Part shown: positions 8,164 to 22,774 of the stretch, piece by piece
Layout: the number at the start of each line of letters is the position of its first letter
Position numbering within the stretch: the first letter of the stretch is position 1
From: Candidatus Poseidoniales archaeon
GTDB taxonomy: Archaea; Thermoplasmatota; Poseidoniia; Poseidoniales; Poseidoniaceae
Assembly: GCA_038106355.1 (NCBI GenBank)
Contig: JAYODQ010000002.1
Location: 20,244 to 84,243 of the forward strand
Length of the DNA: 64,000 nucleotides
Direction of reading: 5' to 3'
Translations under genes and position numbers: made by a program
The notes under the pieces: generated by a model
Told to the model about the DNA's origin: nothing
What the model saw: the letters and a program-made list of their open reading frames with translations, nothing else
Database searches by the model: none

Positions 8164-9510
8164 TGGAGGTTCCATCGACCACCAGACTGCCATCTCTTCA
8201 CCATTCATTGGAACTGGACACCCAGTATGGCCACTGGTCAAAATTTCTAGCCTCATTGAAATCTGTTTAATGATTTTTTGTTGCGATGAAGTTAAACTTG
8301 ATGTGGATGGGCCAAAGATGGATTCAAAAGCCAAACTCCAATTCAATTCAGGGTTTGCTCTTCTCCACGCAGAAAAAAGATGCCTTGCTGGCCACAAAGC
8401 AAGCGTCAACCTCGAAAAACCAACTGTATCATCACTTAATTTGAACATCTGGGCGTCCATAAAAGGCACATGAGATTGCTGTTTGTGAATCCAATTCTCT
8501 TCTACAAGCCATTTCACAAGTCGTTGAGTATGACGTTTTGTCACCATTCTCGACGGCCCAAATGAGTTGTACAATCGTGGTATTTCACAAGAACCTCCCA
8601 TGAGGGACAATGTCCCTAACACAGACCAACATGAATGAGCAAATGGCGTAGCAGGGACATCGTTCTCTTTTGCAGAGTCAGTGTTCCATCTGTTCTCGAC
8701 ATCTTCAAACCACCAAGAGGGTGATTTGCCATTTAACCAATCTGTATGAATTTCAGTTTTTTCCATTGGTGCCCCGGGCAGCCTTCGTTGGCGTTGGACG
8801 CTTTCGACCAATTTTGATAACAAAACACGGTCGACTTCATCAGAAGAAACATTGAGTGGCTCGGACCTTTTGTTGAAAAATCGTCTCAATTCTTCTCTTA
8901 AATTTGATTTGAGTTCATCTAGCCCTCCCTCATTTAAAATTGGCCCAACGATTTGACATTTGTCAAAAGGAGCTGGGACGCGTATGTCCCCCGAGAGCAA
9001 TTTGTGAAATCCTTGGCGAATCTTCTTTTGTATCTCAGTTGTTTCAAAATATTCTTGCTTACCACTGGTCATCCTCAGTGTACCAGTTTGAATTCTCTTC
9101 ATCGCTTTTTCAGGGTCACAATCAATCCAAAAGACAATATCTGGGACCATAGCAGCTGCGTTCATTTTTACAACCTGCTCAATACCTAATTCCCCAACAA
9201 CCCCTTGATAGATGAGTGAAGAATGCACATTTCGGTCGGATACGACCACTGCTCCTTGTTCAAGGTGAGGGAGGATAAAGGTATGTGAGTGGTCTAATCG
9301 ATCGGCGGCAAAAAGGCCAGCCTCCTCAAGTGGTGTCTTTTTCCCGTATTTTACAGCAGACAAGGCAAGTTTTCCCAATTCACTCTGTCTGCGCGGCTCA
9401 TGTGTTGAAATGACATCGGGGAATGGGTACTCTGAAAGGAGTTCAGCCAATATTCTGGCTGCCTCACCTTTTCCAGAGCCATCGCCACCCTCAACAGAAA
9501 TGAGGTACAC
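8155..9510 (-). CDS. tmk: Thymidylate kinase fused to a ~250-aa C-terminal domain of unknown function
   Basis: N-terminal ~200 aa carry Tmk motifs: ISVEGGDGSGKGEAARILAELL (P-loop), THEPRR, LFAADRLDH, VVSDRNVHSSLIYQG. The Trp/Cys-rich remainder (WLNGKSPSWWFEDVENRW...) matches no family I recognise. Confidence 0.8.
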   Translation of the reverse strand: MYLISVEGGDGSGKGEAARILAELLSEYPFPDVISTHEPRRQSELGKLALSAVKYGKKTPLEEAGLFAADRLDHSHTFILPHLEQGAVVVSDRNVHSSLIYQGVVGELGIEQVVKMNAAAMVPDIVFWIDCDPEKAMKRIQTGTLRMTSGKQEYFETTEIQKKIRQGFHKLLSGDIRVPAPFDKCQIVGPILNEGGLDELKSNLREELRRFFNKRSEPLNVSSDEVDRVLLSKLVESVQRQRRLPGAPMEKTEIHTDWLNGKSPSWWFEDVENRWNTDSAKENDVPATPFAHSCWSVLGTLSLMGGSCEIPRLYNSFGPSRMVTKRHTQRLVKWLVEENWIHKQQSHVPFMDAQMFKLSDDTVGFSRLTLALWPARHLFSAWRRANPELNWSLAFESIFGPSTSSLTSSQQKIIKQISMRLEILTSGHTGCPVPMNGEEMAVWWSMEPPSV

Positions 9511-9512
9511 AA

Positions 9513-10385
9513 TTACACCCCAACTTGATCCTCAAACTCTTCCCGGATAAATGTCACAAGAATCATCCCTAAAAGAATGAGCAAAGGGCCAAAAATGATG
9601 AGACCGCGGCTAAATAACCCAATGCCCGCCAAATAGTGTGTCCTTCTGTAATGTCGTGCCCTTCGAACTTCAACAGCACCTTGGATACCCACAAATCCAC
9701 AAATAATGGTGATGATTCCAATGATGCTTGACAATCCAACAGCTAGGTCGAGACTCCATCCATCTGAATTCGAACGGAAATCTTCTTTGCGAATTCCATC
9801 ACCTTCAATCATTGTTGCAGGTAAGGAATTTCCTCCATCAGGAATGAAGGTTCGTTCAATCGTCTCAAAGCCATTTTTTGAAAAAACGAGAATGTGTACA
9901 TTCGTAGTCACATTCTCAAACCTGTAATAACCATCGGAATTTGAGGTCGTGGTTTGTTGAACAATATTGTCTTCATTTTTTAATTCGATAAGAACAGCTT
10001 CAAGTCCCCCGCCATCGTTATCGAACAAGACAACGCCAGTCACATCAACACTGTCAGTTTCTGAGAAAAAGGAGGAGGCAAGCAAATCTCCTGGATTGCC
10101 TTGGAAAATGAGTATTCCACTCATGACACCAAGAATGCTACCGATGAGAATGCACATCGATGCAACATATTGAATCCGATTTGAATCATCTTTGACGAAG
10201 GAATAGATTTGATTTGGAATTGTATCTTCGGGAGGTAAAGCAACAACCAATTCATCGGATGATACAATAAGTTCTTGTTCATTTGTATCCTGATTTGAGA
10301 GTTTTCTTTGAACGCGAGCACGGAGAGCCTGTTTTCTTTGCTCTCTATCTGAATCCATGCCCCTCACCCGACCACACCATGTCAT
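9513..10385 (-). CDS. Membrane protein with carboxypeptidase-regulatory-like (CarboxypepD_reg) beta-sandwich domain
   Basis: VTGVVLFDNDGGGLEAVLIELKNEDNIVQQTTTSNSDGYYRFENVTTNVHILVFSKNGFE sits between TM helices. Alternative start at ATG 10358, preceded by GGTGA. Confidence 0.55.
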   Translation of the reverse strand: MTWCGRVRGMDSDREQRKQALRARVQRKLSNQDTNEQELIVSSDELVVALPPEDTIPNQIYSFVKDDSNRIQYVASMCILIGSILGVMSGILIFQGNPGDLLASSFFSETDSVDVTGVVLFDNDGGGLEAVLIELKNEDNIVQQTTTSNSDGYYRFENVTTNVHILVFSKNGFETIERTFIPDGGNSLPATMIEGDGIRKEDFRSNSDGWSLDLAVGLSSIIGIITIICGFVGIQGAVEVRRARHYRRTHYLAGIGLFSRGLIIFGPLLILLGMILVTFIREEFEDQVGV

Positions 10386-10410
10386 ACGCGGATATGAGCC
10401 CTTTCATTGA

Positions 10411-11598
10411 TTACCGCGCACGAACCTTCTTCAATCTATACACAAAAAGTGCAATTGAAAAGGAAAATACTCCGAGGGATACGAGAATTTGCAAAGTGTT
10501 CCCGTTGTTGGAAAAGGCATCTTCAACGGAGTCATTGTTGTTAATCGATTGATTTTGTTGAGATTCATTTGACAATCCATCTTGATAAAAATCCACGAAG
10601 TAGTTCATTTGAAGTCCAAACTCCATCATCCGTCCTATCGCAGTGATCGATTCCTGGGAGACATGTTCAATGGTGTCATTGGATGTGTGCCAAAGACTTC
10701 CAAATCCTCCATTCGAAGTATTCCCATACACAGGGTCCATGACATCAATCGATGGTATACCTAAGAGATGTGGATGAACATGGTCATCGAACACAAACGT
10801 CGTGTTTTGGTAATCGATGATTCCTTGAGGAAAATCGATTTGACAAAAAGCGTTTGTTCCGTAGCCTAGAGTGTTTGCGATGTGCTCGATTTGGGTGTAA
10901 AGGGATGCATTTCCTGGACTTATTTTTTGAATTTTCAAATCTTTGTCACCGACCATGTCAAGGAGAATAAATGCTTCAATCACCTCAATGTCTTCGATCG
11001 ATAAATTCTCAGACCATGCCCTTGAACCAAGTGTGAAGTTTTGGTCTTGATCCTCCGCATCGGTCCAAAGAAATTCGACTGTGTATGACAAATTCATCGT
11101 CGGAACTAATCTTGCAAGTTCCATGAGAACAGCCGTTCCGCTCGCACCGTCGTTGGCACCATCGATTGGAAGTGAGCGTAAACTTACATTTTCATCTCGA
11201 TCGGCAATATTTCGAGAATCGTAGTGAGCAGAAAAAATGACCTTGGAGATATTATCCTGTGAAATAGTTGGAGAATATCTCGCTAGAACATTGGTAAAAT
11301 TATAATTTTGATGTTGATGCTGTTGCAATTCAACCTCATAACCAAGTGATTCAAGTTCATCCGATAGATGAAACCTGAATTCTGCTGAAGCGTTGCTCTC
11401 TGGAATTCTGGGGCCAAGTGAAACTTGCCACTCGAGATCCGAAAATGCACGAGTGCCATTGAAGGTTAAATTATCCATAAAATGACATTCGGAGCCAACA
11501 TGAGAAGCATACCGAACAGAAATTCCTGTGGATGTGCTCGGCAACGATGCTGATAACATCAACATGACTATGAATGAAACAAGGCTTCTTGATGCCAT
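10411..11598 (-). CDS. Secreted/anchored M28-family peptidase
   Basis: Signal peptide (MASRSLVSFIVMLMLSASLPS), FSAHYDSR, DGANDGASGTAVLMELARL, and a C-terminal TM helix plus basic tail (LVSLGVFSFSIALFVYRLKKVRAR). Confidence 0.8.
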   Translation of the reverse strand: MASRSLVSFIVMLMLSASLPSTSTGISVRYASHVGSECHFMDNLTFNGTRAFSDLEWQVSLGPRIPESNASAEFRFHLSDELESLGYEVELQQHQHQNYNFTNVLARYSPTISQDNISKVIFSAHYDSRNIADRDENVSLRSLPIDGANDGASGTAVLMELARLVPTMNLSYTVEFLWTDAEDQDQNFTLGSRAWSENLSIEDIEVIEAFILLDMVGDKDLKIQKISPGNASLYTQIEHIANTLGYGTNAFCQIDFPQGIIDYQNTTFVFDDHVHPHLLGIPSIDVMDPVYGNTSNGGFGSLWHTSNDTIEHVSQESITAIGRMMEFGLQMNYFVDFYQDGLSNESQQNQSINNNDSVEDAFSNNGNTLQILVSLGVFSFSIALFVYRLKKVRAR

Positions 11599-11687
11599 TA
11601 GACTGATGCTTCAATCACGGACACTTAAATACCACCTTTTGTGTGGGAAAAAAAGAGAGCCTGCTCTCAATATGCTGAGGTGAAAGA

Positions 11688-14600
11688 ATGTATGATTTTC
11701 GCTCCACAAAGGCTTTATTCATTCTCTTTCTATTCTTCCTCTCGAGCTTCCTCCCCATCTTGCCCGGTGCTGCTGAGCAAGATGTTTCACAGCAATATGA
11801 TGCCCCGTTAGGAACAATCATTGGCGATATAAATGACTTCGACCCTGCAACTGGGTCACAATACCTCTTCATTCACGAGGAGCAACCCGTTGTTTCAGCA
11901 ACTCAATTTTTCAGACAAGCATGGATTGATGCTGGCCGACCTGGTGTTGAAGATATGGTCATAGGAGAACAAACATCTGGACGGGCCAGTGCCCGAGCGT
12001 GCTCTCAACATGTTGTGGGCGATACACTCAACGTCAACACTGCAGGTGGCCAAATTAGTGCGTATGTAGCGAAAACAACCCAATCAGTAGCCTTCATCGT
12101 TGAAAGTGGAAGAACACTGTCCTCAACAGTGCTCAATAACCTGGCAAGCACATGGGATAACACGATCTATCCCACCATGACAACATATTACGGGAAAGAT
12201 TACCAAGACGGCAGAGGTCTGGCTCCTCCTGATGTAGATAACAACTGCCAAATTCAAATCATCATTTACGCCATCGATGGGGCGTATAACACTGGTGGAT
12301 ACTTTGCTCCTTCCTTCGCCAGTTCAAGAGAAGCCATATTCGTCGATTTTGCAGACATCACGTTGAGTTGGGGAAAATCAATCCTCGCCCACGAACTTGA
12401 ACATTTATTGCACAACGCCCTAGACCCATATGAAAATCTGTGGATTGACGAAGGAAACGCAGATGTAGCAATCTATCTTTGCTTTGGGGTAGATTCTACA
12501 CTCGTCAGTCACGTCAATCAGTGGACTGCTTCTCCTGAATTATCTGTACGATGGTGGAATCAACGTTTCGCAGATTATGGTGCAGGTTATCTCTTCACGA
12601 TGTACCTCCAAGACCACCTCGGCGGTGGACCAGCCGTCCGCCAACTGGTTCAAGATACGGCTACTGGGGGTGCGGGCGTACGCAACCTTCTGCTCTCCCC
12701 TCTAGCGGGACAGGTGGGTTTGCTTGGAAGAAATATGGGTGAAGCCTTTGCAAATTTTTCAATCGCCGTTACACTGGATTCTGACCAAGGCATCTATGGT
12801 TTTCCAAATCTTAACCTGAATCCTGTTTGTTCGTCAGGAGCTTTCTGTAGGGCACAACCAACCGAAATCAACAGTGACTGGAGCACCCCTTGGTCATCAA
12901 CTGGTAATTCAGTTGAAGGTTGGGGAATTCGGTCATTTAAATTTACACCAGGCTCCGCTTCACCCGCTCCACTCACCATACGTGCTACTGCAGATGTGAG
13001 CAACTTCGATGGTGTTGTGGTCTCAAAGGCCACAACAGATGGATTATGGAGTGTAACTGACCTCAACTTCAACAACAATGTAGCAACTGCACTGATCCCC
13101 GGATTCGGAAACCTCACAGATGAAGTGTGGGTCATCACTTGGTACGCAAGCACTGTTGCGGACTGTGATTACACATCGTGTGGGCCAAGTTATCCACAAG
13201 GCACAATCGATGTAGAAGCCGCAAGAATTACTTCACCAGCTACACTGAACATCAACACAACAGTAGTTTCAGACCGAGATGGCGACGGAACGGGTGATAC
13301 CATGGAAATCGGATACGATGTTCTATCAAATGCATTCTTTGAAGATTTAGATGTTCAATTTAATGTCCGTGACGGCAATGGTAGTATCGTTGATACTCTC
13401 TCTCGAAGAGTTCAGGCTGGCGGCGGAACACCTGTGTCTCATCTTGTTTATTTCACCGCTCCAAAAGTCGACCAATATAGAATTGAGTTCTCAATGTCGG
13501 ATGTGATTGGAACACAGGTCGATACAGCGACCACAGCTCCAACCTCCCTTGGGAATATGGCTCCAACGGCAAATGGATCGGTGTCTCAAAATGATGTACA
13601 AACTTGGGAAAACATCCAATTTATCGGAGCTGGATTTGATGCATGGGGGCTGTCAAATGAAAACAACACCTTACCATATCGAGACCAACCCGTGGCTTAT
13701 TATTGGAATTTTGGCGACAATCAAAGTTCCAATTTGAAATCTCCACTGCGTTCGTACATCGATGTGGGTCAATACAATGCAACATTAAGAATACAAGACC
13801 AAGGTGGTACTTGGTCGAATGTTGACGTGGAACAAGTCAATGTGACAGATGATACGGACCCACTACCTATTGTGACCGTGAACAATGTGGTCATCGACGA
13901 CTCTATTTCCTTAATGACCAACCAAAGAATCCTCTTCTCTGCTGGTCGAACTGTCGATAATGTTCCTATCGATAACTTGTATTTTGAATGGGATTGGGGC
14001 GATGGCACCGTTGATTCGGGTGTTGGCTCATATCTTCAACAACATGAATGGGGAGATATACAAGGTGAAAATCAAACCTTTACTTTGAGTTTGACTGTAT
14101 CCGACGGGATTAATGTCGGCCTCAAAGAAATTGAAGTTACAATCAACAATCGATTACCGATTCAAATTTACTCCGATCAACTCACGACCTCAACCTATAT
14201 TCCTCTACAAATGCCGAATGTTTTCGTTGATGATGATGGACAAATTGTTTCCTATCTTTGGAATTTTGAAGATGGCGTTTACATTGGCAGCAAGGCACCA
14301 GATAGAACTGATGATTTTATCATGACCACGTCTATCGATCAAAATCCGTTTATTTCGTGGGACACACCCGGACTAAAATCGGTTACCCTCCAAGTCACAG
14401 ATGATGATAATAGCCAAGTTACTGCCCAACTCTATGTCAATGTTCTCAATCAACAGCCAATTGCTCAATTTTCGGTAAGAACCTCTTCAACCTCAGGCTC
14501 TGTGCCAATTGACTTCCGATCGGAAGATGCAACCATCGACACACCTTACACATTCGACGGGCGTTCAAGTTCTGACCCTGATGGATTGGTAGGTGATTCA

Positions 14601-15884
14601 TCCGACATTAGTTTCAACTGGACATTTTCAGATGGCACAACCAACGACAGACCACAAGTCACACATTCATTTTCCACACCTGGAATTCACACGGTAACGC
14701 TCATTGTAACCGATGCCGATGGAGAGGAGAGTTTTCCTCGAATCGTCACTCTTCATGTCGAGAACCCAAGACCAATCATCGCTGTCAAAATTCTTGATGC
14801 TTGGATTGACGGAGAACAAGTAACAAGCACAACCTCATTTTCCAACACCACACAAATTGATTACTTTACACACACATTTGATGATGAAAATAGAATTTAC
14901 ACTTCGCCAGGAAACATGTTGTATTTTGATTCTTATGGTACGAGAGATGCTGATCGAATGTATGAAGGCAAATTCTCACCTTATCCAACTGATTCAGACG
15001 AATGGAATGGTGTTGTGGAATATACTTGGGATTTTGGCGATGCTACGCCAGTACAACACAGTCCTTTCCCATTCCATGCTTATTTGCTCCCGGGTATCTA
15101 CGATGTATCCCTTACCGTTCGAGATAGTTTCGGAACCGGGGATGTAAGTCGAGAAACGTTTACAATCATTGTTGCATTTCCACCAACCATCGAATCTATC
15201 TTTTTCCCTGATGATATTTACGTCGATACCGCCAATGCTGTTTTTGCCAAGATTTTGAACGAAAATGGAGACCTGTACCTCTCTGAAATCTATCGAGATA
15301 CAAATATCGAAGATGGGTCGATTGTCGACAGAGATGAGCGAATTTCACAAGAGTTCGAAATCCTTTGGGATTTCAATACAGAAGTTGATGACAATGCAAA
15401 TGGAAACCCAATGGATGATTGGGTCTCTCCTCTGGCTGGGTCAGTTTCACGAGCTAGCACATCATGGAGTGAGCCAGGAAAATATACGGTTTTAGTGCAA
15501 GTCTGTGATGGATTTGGAACATGTTCAACTTTAACAACAGAAATCGAGGTTACAATTGAACCATCGAATAGACCCTCGTTATCAGAATTTAGTGCTGATG
15601 AATGGAAATCTTGGGCTGTGGATGCAGGGTCCGAATTTGCAAAATTCTTGGGACTTATTATCGTAGCTTTAGTCCTCGGATATCTTTGGTTACGAGAACC
15701 ATCTGAACTTGAAGAAGAAGCAAAAGAGGCAGCTGAAACATACAATGACTTAGAACGGGTTGAAACTCAAGGAGGAATGCTTGGCATGGATCATCACAAA
15801 CCCCCTCCCGCCCCGAAAATTTTGTCAAAAGAAGAACGACGAAATTCTGATAGTGGTTATGTTCGCCCACTTCGACGACGATGA
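11688..15884 (+). CDS. Giant surface protein: N-terminal gluzincin metalloprotease domain, multiple PKD-like repeats, C-terminal TM anchor
   Basis: 1398 aa with a signal peptide. HELEHLLHNALDPYENLWIDEG gives HExxH plus a downstream Glu, M1/MA-like. At least five PKD-type repeats: YWNFGDNQSS, WDWGDGTVDSG, WNFEDGVYIG, NWTFSDGTTND...HTVTLIVTDADGEE, TWDFGDATPV...YDVSLTVRDSFG. TM helix LGLIIVALVLGYLW, then a ~90-aa tail. GAGGTGA lies 4 nt before the ATG. Confidence 0.85.
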   Translation: MYDFRSTKALFILFLFFLSSFLPILPGAAEQDVSQQYDAPLGTIIGDINDFDPATGSQYLFIHEEQPVVSATQFFRQAWIDAGRPGVEDMVIGEQTSGRASARACSQHVVGDTLNVNTAGGQISAYVAKTTQSVAFIVESGRTLSSTVLNNLASTWDNTIYPTMTTYYGKDYQDGRGLAPPDVDNNCQIQIIIYAIDGAYNTGGYFAPSFASSREAIFVDFADITLSWGKSILAHELEHLLHNALDPYENLWIDEGNADVAIYLCFGVDSTLVSHVNQWTASPELSVRWWNQRFADYGAGYLFTMYLQDHLGGGPAVRQLVQDTATGGAGVRNLLLSPLAGQVGLLGRNMGEAFANFSIAVTLDSDQGIYGFPNLNLNPVCSSGAFCRAQPTEINSDWSTPWSSTGNSVEGWGIRSFKFTPGSASPAPLTIRATADVSNFDGVVVSKATTDGLWSVTDLNFNNNVATALIPGFGNLTDEVWVITWYASTVADCDYTSCGPSYPQGTIDVEAARITSPATLNINTTVVSDRDGDGTGDTMEIGYDVLSNAFFEDLDVQFNVRDGNGSIVDTLSRRVQAGGGTPVSHLVYFTAPKVDQYRIEFSMSDVIGTQVDTATTAPTSLGNMAPTANGSVSQNDVQTWENIQFIGAGFDAWGLSNENNTLPYRDQPVAYYWNFGDNQSSNLKSPLRSYIDVGQYNATLRIQDQGGTWSNVDVEQVNVTDDTDPLPIVTVNNVVIDDSISLMTNQRILFSAGRTVDNVPIDNLYFEWDWGDGTVDSGVGSYLQQHEWGDIQGENQTFTLSLTVSDGINVGLKEIEVTINNRLPIQIYSDQLTTSTYIPLQMPNVFVDDDGQIVSYLWNFEDGVYIGSKAPDRTDDFIMTTSIDQNPFISWDTPGLKSVTLQVTDDDNSQVTAQLYVNVLNQQPIAQFSVRTSSTSGSVPIDFRSEDATIDTPYTFDGRSSSDPDGLVGDSSDISFNWTFSDGTTNDRPQVTHSFSTPGIHTVTLIVTDADGEESFPRIVTLHVENPRPIIAVKILDAWIDGEQVTSTTSFSNTTQIDYFTHTFDDENRIYTSPGNMLYFDSYGTRDADRMYEGKFSPYPTDSDEWNGVVEYTWDFGDATPVQHSPFPFHAYLLPGIYDVSLTVRDSFGTGDVSRETFTIIVAFPPTIESIFFPDDIYVDTANAVFAKILNENGDLYLSEIYRDTNIEDGSIVDRDERISQEFEILWDFNTEVDDNANGNPMDDWVSPLAGSVSRASTSWSEPGKYTVLVQVCDGFGTCSTLTTEIEVTIEPSNRPSLSEFSADEWKSWAVDAGSEFAKFLGLIIVALVLGYLWLREPSELEEEAKEAAETYNDLERVETQGGMLGMDHHKPPPAPKILSKEERRNSDSGYVRPLRRR

Positions 15885-16960
15885 GGTCAAATAGCATGGT
15901 AAAAAAACGCGAAATGCTTCTTTCTATAGAAAAAAGAGTTTCGGCTCTTGTCTTTGTTTGCATGTTGTTGTCGATTGTTGGCCTCTCAATTGTCATGAGC
16001 CCGACAGCGAAGTCAACAAATCACCAATGCGAAGGTGAAATTCAAACGACAAAGTGGAATGAATCAATTTCAAAACATGCTTTAGTTCCATTTTACAACA
16101 CATGGTACTATTATGACGACATGGGATTCAGCGGGAAGGACGTGGCAGTTTCAGAGCCTATGGATGAAGGGGTTCAAAATCAAATCGACACAACGTTACA
16201 TCCTGAAGAAGAATGGACATATGCATATCCATATGCCCCCCCACTTGAAACGCTAACAACAAATCAATTCTTCCAATTAGTGACGGGTAACGACAGTGCC
16301 AGTGCCGTTCGATTGAATTTATCATCTTCCCACAGAACGACATTCTGTGTTCAAATTCAATCGAGTAACACAACGGATGCGGCACCTATCAAAGCAGATA
16401 TTTATCTAATGACTTCATCAGAATATCAGAAATATCAATCGGCATATTCCATGGCTCATGGACAAGGATGGTATGATTTTGATTATCACAACCTCGATGA
16501 CGATCCGAGTCCCCCTGAATGGCAAAATTTTGATATCACATCATGGAAAAGTTACAGGGATGTTCACGATTATGAGAATGTCGAAGCGGTTACATTTTCA
16601 GTAAGTCTCGACGGACCAGAAGCATACACTTCGATTTTTGGAGAAACTGTGTGGGATGAATTCTATCTCATCATCGATGCTTGGGATAGTTCACGAACAG
16701 GGGATGCTCAGTCTTTGGGTGAGCCAGTCTATGCTGATATCACAGTGATCACAAACCAAAGGTCTTTTATTTTACCAAATTGGACCGTTGCCTTGATTTT
16801 CTTTGTCTTTTGTACAAGCCTCATCGCAGTTCCAATCATTCTCAATCAACGTTATATGAAGGCTGGAATCAACCAAGAGCAACAATCAACATTTGTCCCA
16901 ACTGTTCAAATTGAAACGAAGAAGACTTACTTTGATGACCCGTTGCAGTCAGAGGAGTAA
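15881..16960 (+). CDS. Hypothetical doubly anchored surface protein
   Basis: 359 aa; ATGA start/stop overlap with the upstream giant gene. N-terminal signal anchor (VSALVFVCMLLSIVGLSIV) and C-terminal TM helix (VALIFFVFCTSLIAVPII). No family recognised. Confidence 0.6.
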   Translation: MRSNSMVKKREMLLSIEKRVSALVFVCMLLSIVGLSIVMSPTAKSTNHQCEGEIQTTKWNESISKHALVPFYNTWYYYDDMGFSGKDVAVSEPMDEGVQNQIDTTLHPEEEWTYAYPYAPPLETLTTNQFFQLVTGNDSASAVRLNLSSSHRTTFCVQIQSSNTTDAAPIKADIYLMTSSEYQKYQSAYSMAHGQGWYDFDYHNLDDDPSPPEWQNFDITSWKSYRDVHDYENVEAVTFSVSLDGPEAYTSIFGETVWDEFYLIIDAWDSSRTGDAQSLGEPVYADITVITNQRSFILPNWTVALIFFVFCTSLIAVPIILNQRYMKAGINQEQQSTFVPTVQIETKKTYFDDPLQSEE

Positions 16961-16963
16961 TCA

Positions 16964-17761
16964 TCAGTATTCAAGCAAGACCCAAGCGTCTTTCAAATCT
17001 CGAACATTCACAAGACCTTTATTGCTCAGTCGGTGTTCAGTGCTCAAGGATGCATAGACCAAATCTTGTCCAAACATTGGAGCGTGAAGTCGTGCCCAAT
17101 CACCACCATTTCCTACGCCCATGATAGCATATTGTGTTGCAGTTTCCTTGAGTTTTTGACATGCCTCTACAATTTGTAAGGCATCTTGGTGATCATTGAT
17201 GGTCGAGCAATATTTGATGATATCGCCCTTATCTGCGTTTGATTGAACCAAGTCAAGGATTTCGTCAGCAGATGGGGTGCCGGTAATATCATGCTTTGAA
17301 CCGACAATGTGTATTCCGTTACTTTTTGCCGATGCAACCAGATTGTCTCGAATCGAAGGTTCAATATCTATCTCAATATCAATCCATGAAACCTTTGATG
17401 CGATTGCAGATTTAAGAATCGATATGCGTTGCTCTTCTGAGCCGGGAAAGAATCCCCCTTCTTGTTGCCCACGAACTGTGAAGATCACTGGAAGTGGAAT
17501 GCGTTCCTTCAATTGAGAGATGGTCGCTTCAACATCAATGTCTTCAACACTCTTCCTCGACCATTCTTCTTCTGGAGGCAAGATTGATTTCATCTCTCCA
17601 TCCTCGGTTTCAATGTCCACAGGTTCCATTGGATTGAGGTAGAGTCGGTCGAAACGAAGTTCAACCATATCAGCTCCGGATAGATTTGCTCTCGCTGCTT
17701 CATCCGCAATATGTTCAACATCAGTGCCATCCAAAGTGACACAGACTTTCGGGTCTGCCAT
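16964..17761 (-). CDS. aroD: 3-dehydroquinate dehydratase, type I
   Basis: KVCVTL...GADMVELRFDRL, IFTVRG..EGG, IVGSKHD and YAIMGVGNGGDWARL match the type I DHQase pattern. Confidence 0.8.
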   Translation of the reverse strand: MADPKVCVTLDGTDVEHIADEAARANLSGADMVELRFDRLYLNPMEPVDIETEDGEMKSILPPEEEWSRKSVEDIDVEATISQLKERIPLPVIFTVRGQQEGGFFPGSEEQRISILKSAIASKVSWIDIEIDIEPSIRDNLVASAKSNGIHIVGSKHDITGTPSADEILDLVQSNADKGDIIKYCSTINDHQDALQIVEACQKLKETATQYAIMGVGNGGDWARLHAPMFGQDLVYASLSTEHRLSNKGLVNVRDLKDAWVLLEY

Positions 17762-17813
17762 GATTGTGCGACTTTAGACCTCTTCTTAACCATCTCGCAT
17801 GGGTTCTCCATGA

Positions 17814-22710
<4,897 letters not shown>

Positions 22711-22762
22711 TCGGTGACTTGAAACCACATGGAGATTTCGCTCTCCACAAGCATGCTTGAAG

Positions 22763-22770
22763 GGAGGTGA
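22763..22770 (+). promoter_or_regulatory. Shine-Dalgarno site (GGAGGTGA) for the IPMS-family gene
   Basis: GGAGGTGA lies 4 nt upstream of ATG 22775. Confidence 0.7.
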
Positions 22771-22774
22771 ATGT

